DNA from: Octopus bimaculoides
Lineage: Eukaryota
Length of the DNA stretch: 64,000 bases
Direction of reading: 5' to 3'
Assembly: GCF_001194135.2 (NCBI RefSeq)
Contig: NC_068986.1
Location: 66,253,799-66,317,798, forward strand
A program made the translations under genes and the position numbers. Position 1 is the stretch's first letter; each line of letters begins with the position of its first letter. Shown one piece after another: positions 11,904 through 24,981 of this stretch. Below the pieces are notes generated by a model that ran no database searches, was not told where the DNA came from, and saw only the letters and a list, made by a program, of their open reading frames with translations.

Positions 11904-14014
11904 GTAAGTAGAACTTTATTTAAACTTAATATACTCAAACACCATTCCGGTGCATTCTTTATATTTTAGTAATTTACCTAATTATTAACATTACCACTAA
12001 TTTCCTGCTCCTTATTTCTGTTTCTGCCTTTATTGCCGAGTGAGGATTTATTTCCCCACCACCGACAGCAACATGTGTGTATATTGTGACAACCAGGATA
12101 AACTAATAAATGAAAACAAACATCCTCAGTTCCACACGTTCTTTAATAGCATAACCCTCACAACCATAATATTTGTTATTTCATCCCTGTTAAGACGTTT
12201 TCTTCCTTAAATTGGAAACCGATTTCTTTTACTACATTTAAGTTCAGTGTTTGACCAAAAACAAAAAAAACTTCCTATTTTTTTCATCCTTCGGAATAAA
12301 CACCGATAACGGATAAGAAAGATCGATTTAATTTCCTCAATGAAACACAGCAGCTGCTAGGTTTGCTATGAACATTTAAATACTTTCTATTTCTATGTTC
12401 TGTTATATATCTATGACAATTTGATATTGTATCATGTTTGGTCACGTTTATGTCTATATAGAAATTGATTAAATCATAATAGACCTGGATTTATTTCCAT
12501 AGAAAATTCACCTCTAACTTGTTTTCGATAGTCATTCAAGGTGAATGTGATTCTTTTAAAAATCAGAATTCAGCCAAGCCAAGGCGTTATTCTTTTTATA
12601 GTCATTCTTTCTTACCTTCTGTTTATTGATACCTTTATATTGTCTTTTTCTATATGTGTGTCTGCTTGTCCCTATTGACCGTGTACATCGTTAATATTAA
12701 CAGTATGTTTGTGATATTGATCTCGCTACTGGATGCCATGACTTTGATATCAATGCTATATTAAATGAATTTGCTGGGGTTTTTTTATATATATTATTTC
12801 ACTTCATTTTTCTTTCTACTTTGTTGTATAGAAAATGCCCGTAACACTTTCAGAGCCCCTTTGTTTTACGGGAGTTTTAAAGATAACTTGAGTGAGATTT
12901 ACTGTGGCTAATGCTTATTTGGATTTTTCCAGCTTAATGTTTAAGGGGAAATATATATAAACAGGGAAGTTCTAAATGCGGAAAGATTGAACAAAATATT
13001 TTCAGTCTGTTGTAAGACATGGGTTAACACAAAAAGGTAAGGATTATGTCGGCACATTAAAAAGAACAGCAACTGTTTTAGTAGTGGTAAAATGTTGATT
13101 TTTTTCAAAAATTGTAATGCGGGAGAAAGCCTTTCGCCGGCTCTCTGTTCAGCGGCACAGCTCCTCATTCCCAATACACTACACCCGAGAGCATTATTTT
13201 AGCGTATCACCAAACACTGGACCAACACTTAATGTATTTGTGTTTTACCATTGTATACAGTCCGTGAAAAGTCAGCTTTTGTGATGCAATCTTGGTTATA
13301 CGTGACATCATGAAATGTTAGCAGAAGTATTATGGCTTACACTTGTGGTTTTAATTATGAGAGATCATACAAAGCTGTGGGTTTGTTTTCTTCTGATGAA
13401 ACATTGTTTTCATAATTTAGATTTCACATTACAGAATTCTGTGTAATGACAAGATTTTCAGGAATGCAAAGTTCTATAATACCCAGGATGCTTGCGTCAG
13501 CTGAAGCTTGTACACGTGAAATGGCCAACTGAATATAAGAATTGGATTATCAGGTCCTAGATTTTAAATTCAAATTTACTACTGCCATTTAATTGTGTAT
13601 TGGACACAACACTGAATTCTACATTGCCTTGGTTCACCTGGCTGCCGGGGATGTTATCTAAGATCACTTAGTACCCTACCTCTTATGCAACTAACACTTT
13701 GAGACCTGGTATAATCAGCAACTCTAAGTCCCTAGGACTTAGGAGACATTTGTGTTTGGGGCTGATGATTACTGATAATTGAAATTTTCAAAAGAAATGA
13801 AACCAGTAGTGTATGACAGGGAGAAGTCTTGTAAGTATCTGGTTCTATGAAACTCATACAGGTCACCATTGAGAAAGAAATCATGGAAATGAGTCATGGA
13901 TTTATGTTGACAAGGTCAAACAGGTTACAGTCAGTTTACATTCGTTGCTTTTTAATGTACAGGTGAAAATTAATTTCGAGAATTATTATTATATGCTAAT
14001 GCCAAGGTCACATC

Positions 14015-14170
14015 TGTGTTGTGTGGTTAAGGTGTTTGCTTCACAACTGTGGTTTTAGTTTCACTACCATTATATTGGACCTTGAGCAAGTATCTTCTAT
14101 CATAGCCTTAGGTTAACCAAAGACTTGTTAATGAAATTTGTTTGAGAGAAATTGTGTAGAAGTCTGTTGG
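14015..14170 (+). mobile_element. SINE family 1 5' fragment
   Basis: gttgtgtggttaaggtgtttgcttc...ccttgagcaagtatcttctatcatagcc matches the family 1 head. Confidence 0.6.
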
Positions 14171-16279
14171 ATAATACCAATCTTGTTCGTGGGTGGTAGT
14201 GGTGGTAGTAGTAGACAATTCACTTCACTGTTTAACACTATCACCTTTCTCGTGTTGTCTTTAGCAGAGTCCTTTCTGTTACAAGCATTGAGGTTGAATT
14301 TTTGGTCTGAGAATAGACTCTTCCCATTCTCAGAGACCGGAGTAAGTGCTGTTTTCTATTCGTAAAAAAAAAAGTTTTAACATATCAAGTAAAGATTCAA
14401 CTGGAATTTTTGCTTGCTTCAAGGCATATTCATTCAGCAGTATGAGCAAGGTACCTACCAAACTACTTCATGTGAACACAGACCTAGACATATATCATGA
14501 ATTGTTTGGACAGTGTATTTTTAGAAATTTCATAACACTAAGTTTATTTTTTATTGTTTTATTCAAGTCATCATCCTACACATATCAGTGTGCATTTCTT
14601 TTCATTTTGTAAGTCATTTGCCTTATATTTTCATTTTGTTTTATGTTTACCTTTTCACTCTTCACCCGCAACAGCTGAAAATAGAAATTAGATATAAAAG
14701 GAATTGAATAAACTTATATAATTTATTATCACATCAAGATTCCTAATTATTTTTAAGGTTCTATGAGTTGAAAAGCTGGAAACCTGACCAGAGAGTCATA
14801 AGTTCAAATGCTGTATACTCGTAATGTTGTAATATTTATCCTCACTTAAACATTGATGTTCTATGAGAACAAAATATACTGTGATAGTTACCTTGAGAGA
14901 AACTCTCATATTGGCTCTTTGGAGCAAAATGCACTCACTAGCAAGATAAATCCTTGCTACCTCCAGTGCCAAGACCACCAGATCACATGATTTTGACCTT
15001 AATTAGTCTCGTCAATGATGGACACTCAGCCACTAGAGATAGCAGCGATTCATCTCCCTACCAGTAATATATAAATTGACGTGCCAGAATAGGTGCTGGT
15101 GTCACAATTAGCCAGTTAGTTTGTTGTCCCTTTCATTAACCCTATGGACTAAAAACTGGTTCCATTCTGTCTTCACATTTCAGGAGTTAACAGGAAAAAA
15201 AAAAGCCTCCCATTGTAAAAATAGTTGTTCCAAAAGAACAGGGATATCCAAATTCATGTAGACAGTTCTAGACTTTCCAACTTGAAAAGAGCAATGAAAT
15301 AAAATGGAGGTTGTGTATATATTTATGTACAATATGCACTCACATATAATGTGAACCATTTTATGGACAATGAAACCTCAGGAATGTCTCCTGTATAATG
15401 TGCACTAGGAGTTTAGTCAAATTGATTATAATAGCTCTGTCAAATAAGTACATTGAAAAAGTTTACAAATCCTTTACTAAACAAAAAGCAATTTCAAAAG
15501 CAGCATTAACTGCACAGCTGACAAACACACATCCTATGAAATTACTGTCAACAAAATTCAGTATGGAAGGCCAGTACGTAATACTTTCATTGTTGAAACA
15601 AAATTAATATTTTCCTTATCAGAATGTGAATGAACCTAAAATGAAATACCAATGTTCGTTTAATATTTTAGTTGAAATTGAAAATGTTTTCATTATGGAA
15701 AATGCTATTTAAATTATGATTTCTATCATGGTGAAAAATGTAACATTGTTATTGTGATTTAAAACTTTTTGCTACACATCAGTTAGCTTTGGAAAATATT
15801 TATAACTTCCAGCTATGCCTCCTTGATTATGGCCACACATTTGAGACTAGAAAAATAGGTGAGATTCAGTTCTCATGCATAATGCAGCTATTTTCCCAAT
15901 TTTAAAATTTAAAAGTCTCCCAGCAAAAAGTGCATATTGTATATGAATAAATACAGTCATGTTTGGAAAGATTTAGAACCAAGTTCATTGGCCTGAAATA
16001 ATATTTTTTATTTTACATATAACATTCACTATTAAGAATTAAGTACATGTGTGTATGTCTCATCATTTTAACATCTACTTTTCCATCCTTACCTGTTTTT
16101 CAATTAAGCTATTTTGCTGTCATTTGTAATCTTCATACATCAGAAGCTGAAACTATGGTTAATGTAATCAAAGACACAGTTTTAACTTAGGTAATATTAA
16201 TAAAGAAGCATCAAAATGACATTTACACACATATGTGTACATATATGTGTGTCTGAATACATATATATATATTCATTTT

Positions 16280-17745
16280 TTTGTGGTGGGTATCACAATC
16301 GCTACTTATATTCTTTGCACGATGTTTTAGGCACTGAGCAATCCCTCTCTTTACACTGTATAGATGGTGGGCGTTAAAGTTGAGGTATCATCCAGTATAG
16401 GTCGGCTTGCGATATACGGATGCCCTGAATCCATACTTGGTGTGTGTTACTAATATGTCCAGGAATGCTAGCTGATTGTCTTTTTCTTTTTCCACTGTAT
16501 TGACGGCTTTATTGAGTTCAGATGATCTAACAGCACTTGGACATCTTCTTGAAGGGGCCAGAGTATAAAGGTGTCATCAACATATCACACCCATAGGTTG
16601 GTTTTAGTGGTGTTGATCCTAAAGCCAAATTCTCAATGTATTTCATGTATATATTGGCTATTACCGGCGATAATGGCGAACCCATAGCTACACCCTCTTC
16701 TTGTCGATATATATCAGTGTCCATACTGAAGTAGGTAGTTTCTACACAGATGGTCAACATTTCCATCAAGTTTCTTATCGGTATATTTGTGCATTCTTTT
16801 AGATGGGTATCTGTCACTAGTTTTTCTTGAATCACCAATAGTGCTTCACCAGTTGGGCCTTTGGTGAACAGACTTGTCACATCTAGACTCACGATCTGGT
16901 TGGATTTAATGGGAGCATCATTGTTCAATTCTGTGAAGTGGGTGTAATCCTTCACGTATGATGTTGACTTTACTGCTAATGGACTGATTATATCCACAAG
17001 GAAGCGGCTCAGTGGATGACATGCTGAACCTCTACAGCTCACTATAGGTCTTAATGGAATACCATCCTTGTGAATCATAGGAAGACCGTACATGTGTGAT
17101 AGTTTACTGTAGTGTTGAGTCAGTTGTCTGTACTTCATTGGCGTAAAGTGATCCTTGTTCTTAATCAAGATCTGTGACAACTTCCTCTCTATTTTCAAAG
17201 TCGGGTCTTTTTTTACTTTGTTGTAGCTACCATCATATATAAGACTTGCTAACTTTTCAGAGTAGTCAGACTTGTTCATCACCACTGTAGTATTTCCCTT
17301 GTCTGCTGGAAGTATTTTGATGGAATTGTCACTCTGTAGTCTTTTGATAGCAAACTTTTCTTCCTTAGTGATGTTTGGTTTGGAAAGTTTCGGTTTTTCT
17401 AATACCTGTCTCACTTTCCACTTTAGTTCATCTCCCTGAGCTTTTGGTATCTTTACGGCTATCTCTTCAATAGGGGCTATTATTTCCAAGTATGGAATGC
17501 ACTTGATAGTTGTCTCAAAGTTGAGACCTTTGTTTAGTACTGCTTCTTCAGAGCTTTCTAGATGTCGGCTATTTACATTAATTACTGCTTTCACAGGTGA
17601 GTGACGGACTTCAGTCTTTATTCTCTGACCTTTGAGTTTCTCCAAGACACCTGATGAAGGCTGGAGGGTATATCGGCTGAAACGTTGTGTTAACAGCAAA
17701 CAAGATGGGGACAAATATCTGTCAAATGTAAATAATGTATCTAAC
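16280..17745 (-). mobile_element. Penelope-like element, RT region (GIY-YIG not present)
   Basis: ORF 16527-17750: EAVLNKGLNF, ILPADKGNTTVVM, YGLPMIHKDGIPLRPIVS, SLDVTSLFT, GVAMGSPLSPVIANIYM; after a frameshift YVDDTF, LAFLDILV, VYRKPTYTG. Confidence 0.9.
17646..17691 (+). ncRNA. minimal type I hammerhead ribozyme motif (PLE-associated)
   Basis: GACAC-CUGAUGA-A-GGCUG[GAGGGUAUAU]CGGCU-GAA-ACGU-U-GUGUU: intact core, helix I 5 bp, helix II 5 bp with wobbles, palindromic ACGU helix III. Confidence 0.75.
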
Positions 17746-17791
17746 CACATAGTTGTGAAATGAACTTCTAATCCATACAGTCATGTCTGTG

Positions 17792-17830
<39 letters not shown>

Positions 17831-17864
17831 NNNNNNNNNNNNNNNNNNNNNNNNNNNNNNNNNN

Positions 17865-18199
17865 NATTTGATTGTGGCCATGCTGGAGCACTGCCTTTAG
17901 TCAAACAAATCGACCTCATGATTTATTCTTTGTAAGCTTAGTACTTATTCTATCAGTCTCTTTTGCCAACTGCTAAGTTACAGGGATGTCAAGCGATGGT
18001 GGGGGACAAACACAGATGCACAAACATATACATATATACAATGGGATTCTTTCAGTTTTCGGCTACCAAATCCACTCACAAGGCTTTGGTTGATCTGAGG
18101 CTATAATAGAAGACACTTTTCCAAGGTGCCATGCAGTAGGACTGAGCCTAGAACCATGTGGTTGGTAAGGAAGTTACTTACCACACAGCCACACCTGTG

Positions 18200-18200
<1 letters not shown>
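17865..18200 (-). mobile_element. SINE family 1 copy
   Basis: Reverse complement of 58054-58441. Confidence 0.8.
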
Positions 18201-18243
<43 letters not shown>

Positions 18244-19809
18244 ATGACATTCTCAGTTTCCATCTATCATTTCTACTTTCAAAGCATTGGCGAACCTGAG
18301 GCTATAGTAGAAGAAATTTGCCCTAAATGCATTGCAGAGTTTGACACTCAGTCATTCATTCATTTTACATCTGTTTTCCCATGCCAGTATAGGTTAGATG
18401 AATACATATCATTGAAGCAATTTTTACAGACAGATGTTCTTGTCACTAACTCTTACCTGTTATTCAAGTCAGGGAGTTTTCAGTCTGTCTTTGAAAACAG
18501 TGCTAGTGGACAATTTGTTGGCAGGGAAATGTTAACAAACATCAGCATCTGTAAAGCAGTGTCTTGTCATATGAAGTATAGAATGTAAGCATTCACACAC
18601 ACATGCATACATATTCCAGGTTTTGTACAGTTTCTATCTACCAAATGCACTTAGAACTAATTGGTCAGCCTGGTGTTTAATAGAAGACTCAAGTTGTTGT
18701 ACAGACTGACTGAACCTGAAGTACGTGGATGAGAAACAGGCTCAGTACCTTAGGTGGAATAAATTTAGTGTATGTATTGATATATACTATAAATTATTAT
18801 TATGTCTCAGTACTCAAATATTCATGTGCAAAAGTAATCCTTAGACAGAGGTAATTGGCTGAGAGAACTCTCATACAGTTGAAAGATAAAGTTCTAAGAG
18901 GACATCATTACCAGTCAACTCCCATCTGCAGATTGTTTCAATGTATAAACCTTTTGGCAACAAGATGAAAGATGTAACATTAATTCTTTTTTGGGCCTGC
19001 AATCGCCGATATTATTGATTTTGTTATTATCATTTTTAAATTGTTACACTAGATAATAACAGAGTCAATGGTATCTTCGCAAATTATTTTTTTGTGAATT
19101 ATTTGCTCCGTATTGAAATTATTTTCACACTGGTGGCTACCATGGTTTCGGTGTAAAATGAATCAGTCGCAGTGCAGACTTCAACACGGTGGGTTGGGAG
19201 TCTCTATCATGGTAACGCATGCTGAGGAAGCTGAAGCTATTTTTGCCAGTGCAGAAACCGGTCCACATGAGTCCAAATACTTAGATGTAAGTTGGGAGAT
19301 TTTCTTAGCCCGTTTCTTTGGACGGTTGATTTCTGTAGTTATTATCAGTGTATTTTGGCGATTTAAATAAAAGTTTTGACTGTTATTTCCAGCAGGTAGA
19401 CAGACTTAGCATCATGTCCTTTGATTANNNNNNNNNNNNNNNNNNNNNNNNNNNNNNNNNNNNNNNNNNNNNNNNNNNNNNNNNNNNNNNNNNNNNNNNN
19501 NNNNNNNNNNNNNNNNNNNNNNNNNNNNNNNNNNNNNNNNNNNNNNNNNNNNNNNNNNNNNNNNNNNNNNNNNNNNNNNNNNNNNNNNNNNNNNNNNNNN
19601 NNNNNNNNNNNNNNNNNNNNNNNNNNNNNNNNNNNNNNNNNNNNNNNNNNNNNNNNNNNNNNNNNNNNNNNNNNNNNNNNNNNNNNNNNNNNNNNNNNNN
19701 NNNNNNNNNNNNNNNNNNNNNNNNNNNNNNNNNNNNNNNNNNNNNNNNNNNNNNNNNNNNNNNNNNNNNNNNNNNNNNNNNNNNNNNNNNNNNNNNNNNN
19801 NNNNNNNNN

Positions 19810-19844
<35 letters not shown>

Positions 19845-20609
19845 CAATTAGTTAACGCTATTGTGTCACTGAAGATACATCCTTTTGATTCATCTACAGT
19901 TTTAGCTCTGTTAAGGTCATTTTGCTGTCATAGAGTTCAATCTCAATATGTGATACCTTGGACAAATGGTTTCTACTTTAGTTTTAGATCAACCCAATCC
20001 TTGTGAGTTAAAGTCAGTAACTCATTATTGTGGATTGTATCCATTTTGTGTGATAGACATAATTAGTTGTTTTTGTCTGCCTTTACTGAAATTTACTTAG
20101 CTGCAAGTATTCATACCAAGTCTGCCATCTAAGGGTATCAATTTACTCTTAGAAGTTCTGCAGAAAAGTCATGAATGCTACCCTTCCCTAACTAAATCAT
20201 TAAAATAACAATTGTGCCACATACCAAGTAATAAAATCTTCCTTTAACTGCAGTTTGACCTTGTAGAGTAACAGAAAGTGGGGGTGGATCATGTCATAAA
20301 ATTAAATAAACACTGCAAATAGTCAATCTACTGCAAGAGTATCATAAGTATTTTCAATTCTTGGTATTGCTTTCATAATGTTTATTCACTTTCTAACTTT
20401 TTATAAAAACATAATCATGCACTAACAGTAGACGAAACGTGTGTGAAAGGGAGACATTGGATTAGGAGTGAATTCATATCTCATTTTGTTGGGCATGGTA
20501 GCCAAGTTGTGATATAGAATGCACTACTGACTTACCAACCTAGCTAGTAATAATGATTAAGCTAAAGAGGTGCTGCACTGTGTACATATGTACATACACA
20601 CATATATAC

Positions 20610-21760
20610 TTCATCCTTGCATATGTTCAGTCCACTGCTGGATGAAGGCCTTCATATGTTCTCTCCACCAAGCACAGTCTGATGTTTCCCTCATCCATGA
20701 TTTTTATTTTCCAGATAATATCCATTAAATCTATTGCAACTCTTATCTAGCTGTTTCTTCATTTATCCATTTTGTTAATCTTTGGCATTTTCCTTTCCAT
20801 GGCTCTTTGTGTTGATCTTAATTTATTTTCAATGCTCTTGTTAGTCCATGTTTCTGATGCCTACATGATAGCAGGAAACATACACTGGTTGAGGACCTTT
20901 CTTTTTAGACACATGGGTAAGTTATTGCTCATGATGTGATTCAATTTACCAAAGGATACTCATTTTAATTGTGTTCATTGTTCAATTTCTTTGGTCTGCT
21001 TTTTATCCTTTAATCAGATTGTTTGTCCAAGATAGTTGTATTGGCTCACATGTTCAACTATTTCATCATCTATTACTACATCTCAGCTGTGATGGTTGGA
21101 GATTATCTTCATTTGACTAATATCAATTCTGAGTCCACAATTTTTGCTTTCTTCTTTGAGTTCTTTGAACATTGCTGTTGATTCTTTAATGCCTTTGGAA
21201 ATGATTACAATATCATCAGTGAATTTCAGATGATTTAACATGCATCCATTTATATTTATTCCTTTATTTGACCAATATAAGTTTTTAAACCCCTTTTCTA
21301 ATACAGACGTAAATAATTTGGGTGATATGGTATTTCCTTGTCTGATTTCTTTACCTATTATAATAAATCAATCACCTTGCTACTTATAGTTGTTGTTGTT
21401 CTACATTCTCTTATAACTTCTCATAGTCTTGTTTGGTTACCTTTTCCTCAAGTGCTCTTAGTATATCATCAAAATCCATGGAATCAAAAGCGTTTTCAAA
21501 ATCTACAAAGATTAAGCGTAATGGTATGGTGTAAGTTCAGCATTTTTCCTTCTGTTGGTTTATAGCATGAACGTGGTCTATTGTGCTGTAGTTTTTCCTG
21601 AAGGCTGGCTGGTCTGCTGTAGTGTTCTCATCCAGCTTTCTCTCATTCCTTTTTGAAAAGATCTTGTAGATTCATGATAGTAGACTGATTGATCTGTAGT
21701 TCTTGTGATTTTTGGCATCCCCTTTTTTTATAAAGAAGGATCAGTTCAGATATCCAGTAT
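20610..21760 (-). mobile_element. RTE-clade LINE RT fragment with 3' end
   Basis: IRQGNTISPKLF, FTDDIVI (YADD-like), 3' end ccttcatccagcagtggactg. Confidence 0.8.
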
Positions 21761-22377
21761 CTTATGTTCATGTGAGCATTTTGTATCTATTTTAATTTGT
21801 TCCTTCTCTGCCATATCTCATTCTTAACACCCTTTTATATCTGCCATCATTTTTTACACCCTTTCATATCTATCATTGACTGCCATCCCCAACCTTTGCT
21901 TGCCATTCACAATATCCACCCCTATATATCTCTGACTTCCATCTCTGTCACTGTACATTACTTTACACTCCGTCTTTAAATACATTCTCTCCTTATTTCT
22001 CATCCATCTACAGTTTTATTATACAACTTCTCTTTTTTTTTTTTTGTACTGCCACTTAACTTTACCTCCTTGAGCCATTTCTAATCACCTTTTCCCTCAG
22101 ACACATATTTATCTTTGACCACACCCTCATCCTTCTTCGCTACTTATTTCAGACACCTCTGCCTTCTTTCTAACTATCTGTCATTCTTCCCTCACACTCT
22201 TGCAAACTTAGACACCCACCCTTCTAGATCATCTGTCCCTACTGAACTTCTTGTACCTTGAGGGTACGCCCTGACCCCCCCCCCCCCTGTGTATCTTTCC
22301 AGTTACTCCCATCCACCCTTATATGTAATGCAGAGTAGCCGTGTATTTCTTCTACAACATGACACTGGCGATCTTAC

Positions 22378-22627
22378 AGTATGAGTCCTAAATATCGGCC
22401 TTTTCCGTAACACCCGCACAATCTTCACTACGGTGTTAGGGTTAGGGTTTTAGTGTCAGGGTTAGGGTTACTGTTAGGGATGGAATTCCCAAACCCTAAA
22501 ACCCAAACCCTAACCCTAAACCCTTGAAAATAAATCGCGCTCTCTGTATGTCTTTCACTTTTATGACGTTGTTTCCCTGTTTCTCTCCAACACTTTTTAC
22601 GGAAAAGGCTGATATTTCGTACTGGTA
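22378..22627. repeat. TIR element containing head-to-head telomere-like repeats
   Basis: Arms aaatatcggccttttccgtaa / ttacggaaaaggctgatattt; core ttagggatggaattcccaaaccc matches the 8905-9053 element in opposite orientation. Confidence 0.65.
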
Positions 22628-22709
22628 TCGAAAGATCGCCCAAGACACTTGTTCCTGCTAATTGTACTGACTTTTACAGGGATGTAAAGTTAACACCAAC
22701 TAGATTTAA

Positions 22710-22812
22710 ACACTGGACAGTGACACACTGGACAGTGACACACTGGACAGTGACANNNNNNNNNNCACTGGACAGTGACACACTGGACAGTGACACACTG
22801 GACAGTGACACT
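22710..22812. repeat. 15-bp minisatellite (cactggacagtgaca)n interrupted by a short gap
   Basis: About three units visible on each side of a 10-N gap. Confidence 0.9.
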
Positions 22813-22924
22813 GAACTGAATGTAGTGAGGCACTCTAGAAGCTCCACCATATGATGACCTTCAAGTTTCCAAAAGTTACATTGAGTCAATTAATTGATAA
22901 AGAACTTTCGGTGTTTAATTGAAG

Positions 22925-23145
22925 CTTAAGCTGATGATCTGGCAGAATCATTAACACCCCAGGCAAAATGCTTAGTGGTATTTGGTTTGTCTTTATATTC
23001 TGAGTTCAAATTCCACCAAGGTCAACTTTACCTTTCCATCCTTTCAGGGTTGATAAAATAAATACCAGTTGAGCACTGGTATAGTTGACTTGCATCTTCC
23101 CCGGAGATTGCTCACCTTGTGCCAAAATTTGAAACCAGTATTTAG
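22925..23145 (+). mobile_element. tRNA-derived SINE family 2
   Basis: tggcagaatcattaacacc...ctgagttcaaattccaccaaggtcaac...gataaaataaataccag; matches 46451-46666. Confidence 0.75.
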
Positions 23146-23213
23146 TTGAAGCGTCATTCCACTTCTAAATCTCTCTTCTGGTATTTGAAATTTTGCAGAG
23201 ATAATTTGATATA

Positions 23214-23592
23214 CTGTTGTTGGTGTTGGCACTCCGTCGTTTACGACGTTGAGGGTTCCAGTTGATCTGATCAACGGAACAGTCTGCTCGTAAAATTAAC
23301 GTGCAAGTGGCTGAGCACTCCACAGACACGTGTACCCTTAACGTAGTTCTCGGGGATATTCAGCGTGACACAGAGTGTGACAAGGCTGACCCTTTGAATT
23401 ACAGGCACAACAGAAACAGGAAGTAAGAGTGAGAGAAAATTGTGGTGAAAGAGTACAGCAGGGTTCGCCACCATCCCCTGCCGGAGCCTTGTGGAGCTTT
23501 AGATGTTTTCGCTCAGTAAACACTCACAACGCCCGGTCTGGGAATCGAAACCGCGAGTCCGATGCCCTAAGCACTGGGCCATTGCGCCTCCA
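23214..23592 (-). mobile_element. tRNA-derived SINE family 3, near full length
   Basis: Minus head ggcgcaatggcccagtg...ggtttcgattcc (A/B-box-like), (caa)n-type tail; second copy at 51585-51900. Confidence 0.8.
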
Positions 23593-24327
23593 NNNNNNNN
23601 NNNNNNNNNNNNNNNNNNNNNNNNNNNNNNNNNNNNNNNNNNNNNNNNNNNNNNNNNNNNNNNNNNNNNNNNTTGAAATCATGTTAGATGCCATTAGATG
23701 GTGGGTTTCAAGTTTAAATATTTTTTTAATTACATTTTTTTATATTTTTGAACGCACAGAATTAGAATACCTCGTTGATTCTCTCTCTCTCCCTCTCTCT
23801 CTCTCTCTCTCCCTTTCTCTTTCTCCCTCTCTCTCTCCCTCTCTCTCTTCTCTCGGTCGCGCGCCAAATTTTCCTCATTGAATGCATTTCAAATTAATTT
23901 TTTTCCACATATTTATTGAACATTTATGTTTCACAAAGACACCTCAAAACTAGAACACATTGGCAATCAAGTCGTTTTCATGGATTCAGTTTCAACTATT
24001 TTAATTGATATCTTCGATATTTTCATTTTAATAACTTCGTTAGTTTAATATACTGCTAAAATATAGTACGGTGAAAGCTGATCTACTTTTCATCGTAAGT
24101 CAGCTTACTCGTGCTTTACTAACATGAGTAGTTAAAATTTAGTTATTTTGCGTGCAATTCAAATAAGCGAAATAAGTTTCGAATGTTTTTCCTGTGAGTT
24201 ATTCCCCTTCGTATTGTATTTTTACTTTTTGTTGTTATGCAACTGCAATTAATCTCTTACATTTTTATTTTGTGTTATATATATATATATATATATATTA
24301 TATACACACACACACACAATAATTTTA

Positions 24328-24598
24328 TTACATGGAAAAATGCGAACATGAAAAGTAATATTCTTAAGATTATAAACCTGGAAAAGTACAGGACAAGTTG
24401 TTACACCTGTAAAAGTATAGGACAAGCTATTACTTCAAGTAAAGTAAAGAATAAGAAACTTTTTACTTAAAATATTGCAGCTAAAATTAAAATTTGAATA
24501 TTAAAAATTATTTTATTATAGTTTGCAATTAACGCTATACTTATTTAAGTGGAATTTGGCTAATTTACTACCTTAAATACAGAAAAAAGTGACTAATT
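24328..24598. repeat. copy A of AT-rich multicopy element
   Basis: 24328-24521 is a slightly diverged reverse complement of 24982-25165 and a direct copy of about 49258-49449. Confidence 0.85.
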
Positions 24599-24981
24599 NN
24601 NNNNNNNNNNNNNNNNNNNNNNNNNNNNNNNNNNNNNNNNNNNNNNNNNNNNNNNNNNNNNNNNNNNNNNNNNNNNNNNNNNNNNNNNNNNNNNNNNNNN
24701 NNNNNNNNNNNNNNNNNNNNNNNNNNNNNNNNNNNNNNNNNNNNNNNNNNNNNNNNNNNNNNNNNNNNNNNNNNNNNNNNNNNNNNNNNNNNNNNNNNNN
24801 NNNNNNNNNNNNNNNNNNNNNNNNNNNNNNNNNNNNNNNNNNNNNNNNNNNNNNNNNNNNNNNNNNNNNNNNNNNNNNNNNNNNNNNNNNNNNNNNNNNN
24901 NNNNNNNNNNNNNNNNNNNNNNNNNNNNNNNNNNNNNNNNNNNNNNNNNNNNNNNNNNNNNNNNNNNNNNNNNNNNNNNNN

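Noticed and set aside
13790-14370. Candidate exons on both strands (13.8 kb donor; 14270-14341 plus; overlapping 111-nt minus frame)
   Set aside because: Splice signals are mutually conflicting and the peptides are unrecognisable
19113-19370. ORF with LQHGGLGVSIMV (Tc1 KHGGGSVMVW-like) and a gtaagt donor
   Set aside because: A single short motif with no flanking DDE motifs or TIRs; cannot distinguish exon, TE or chance
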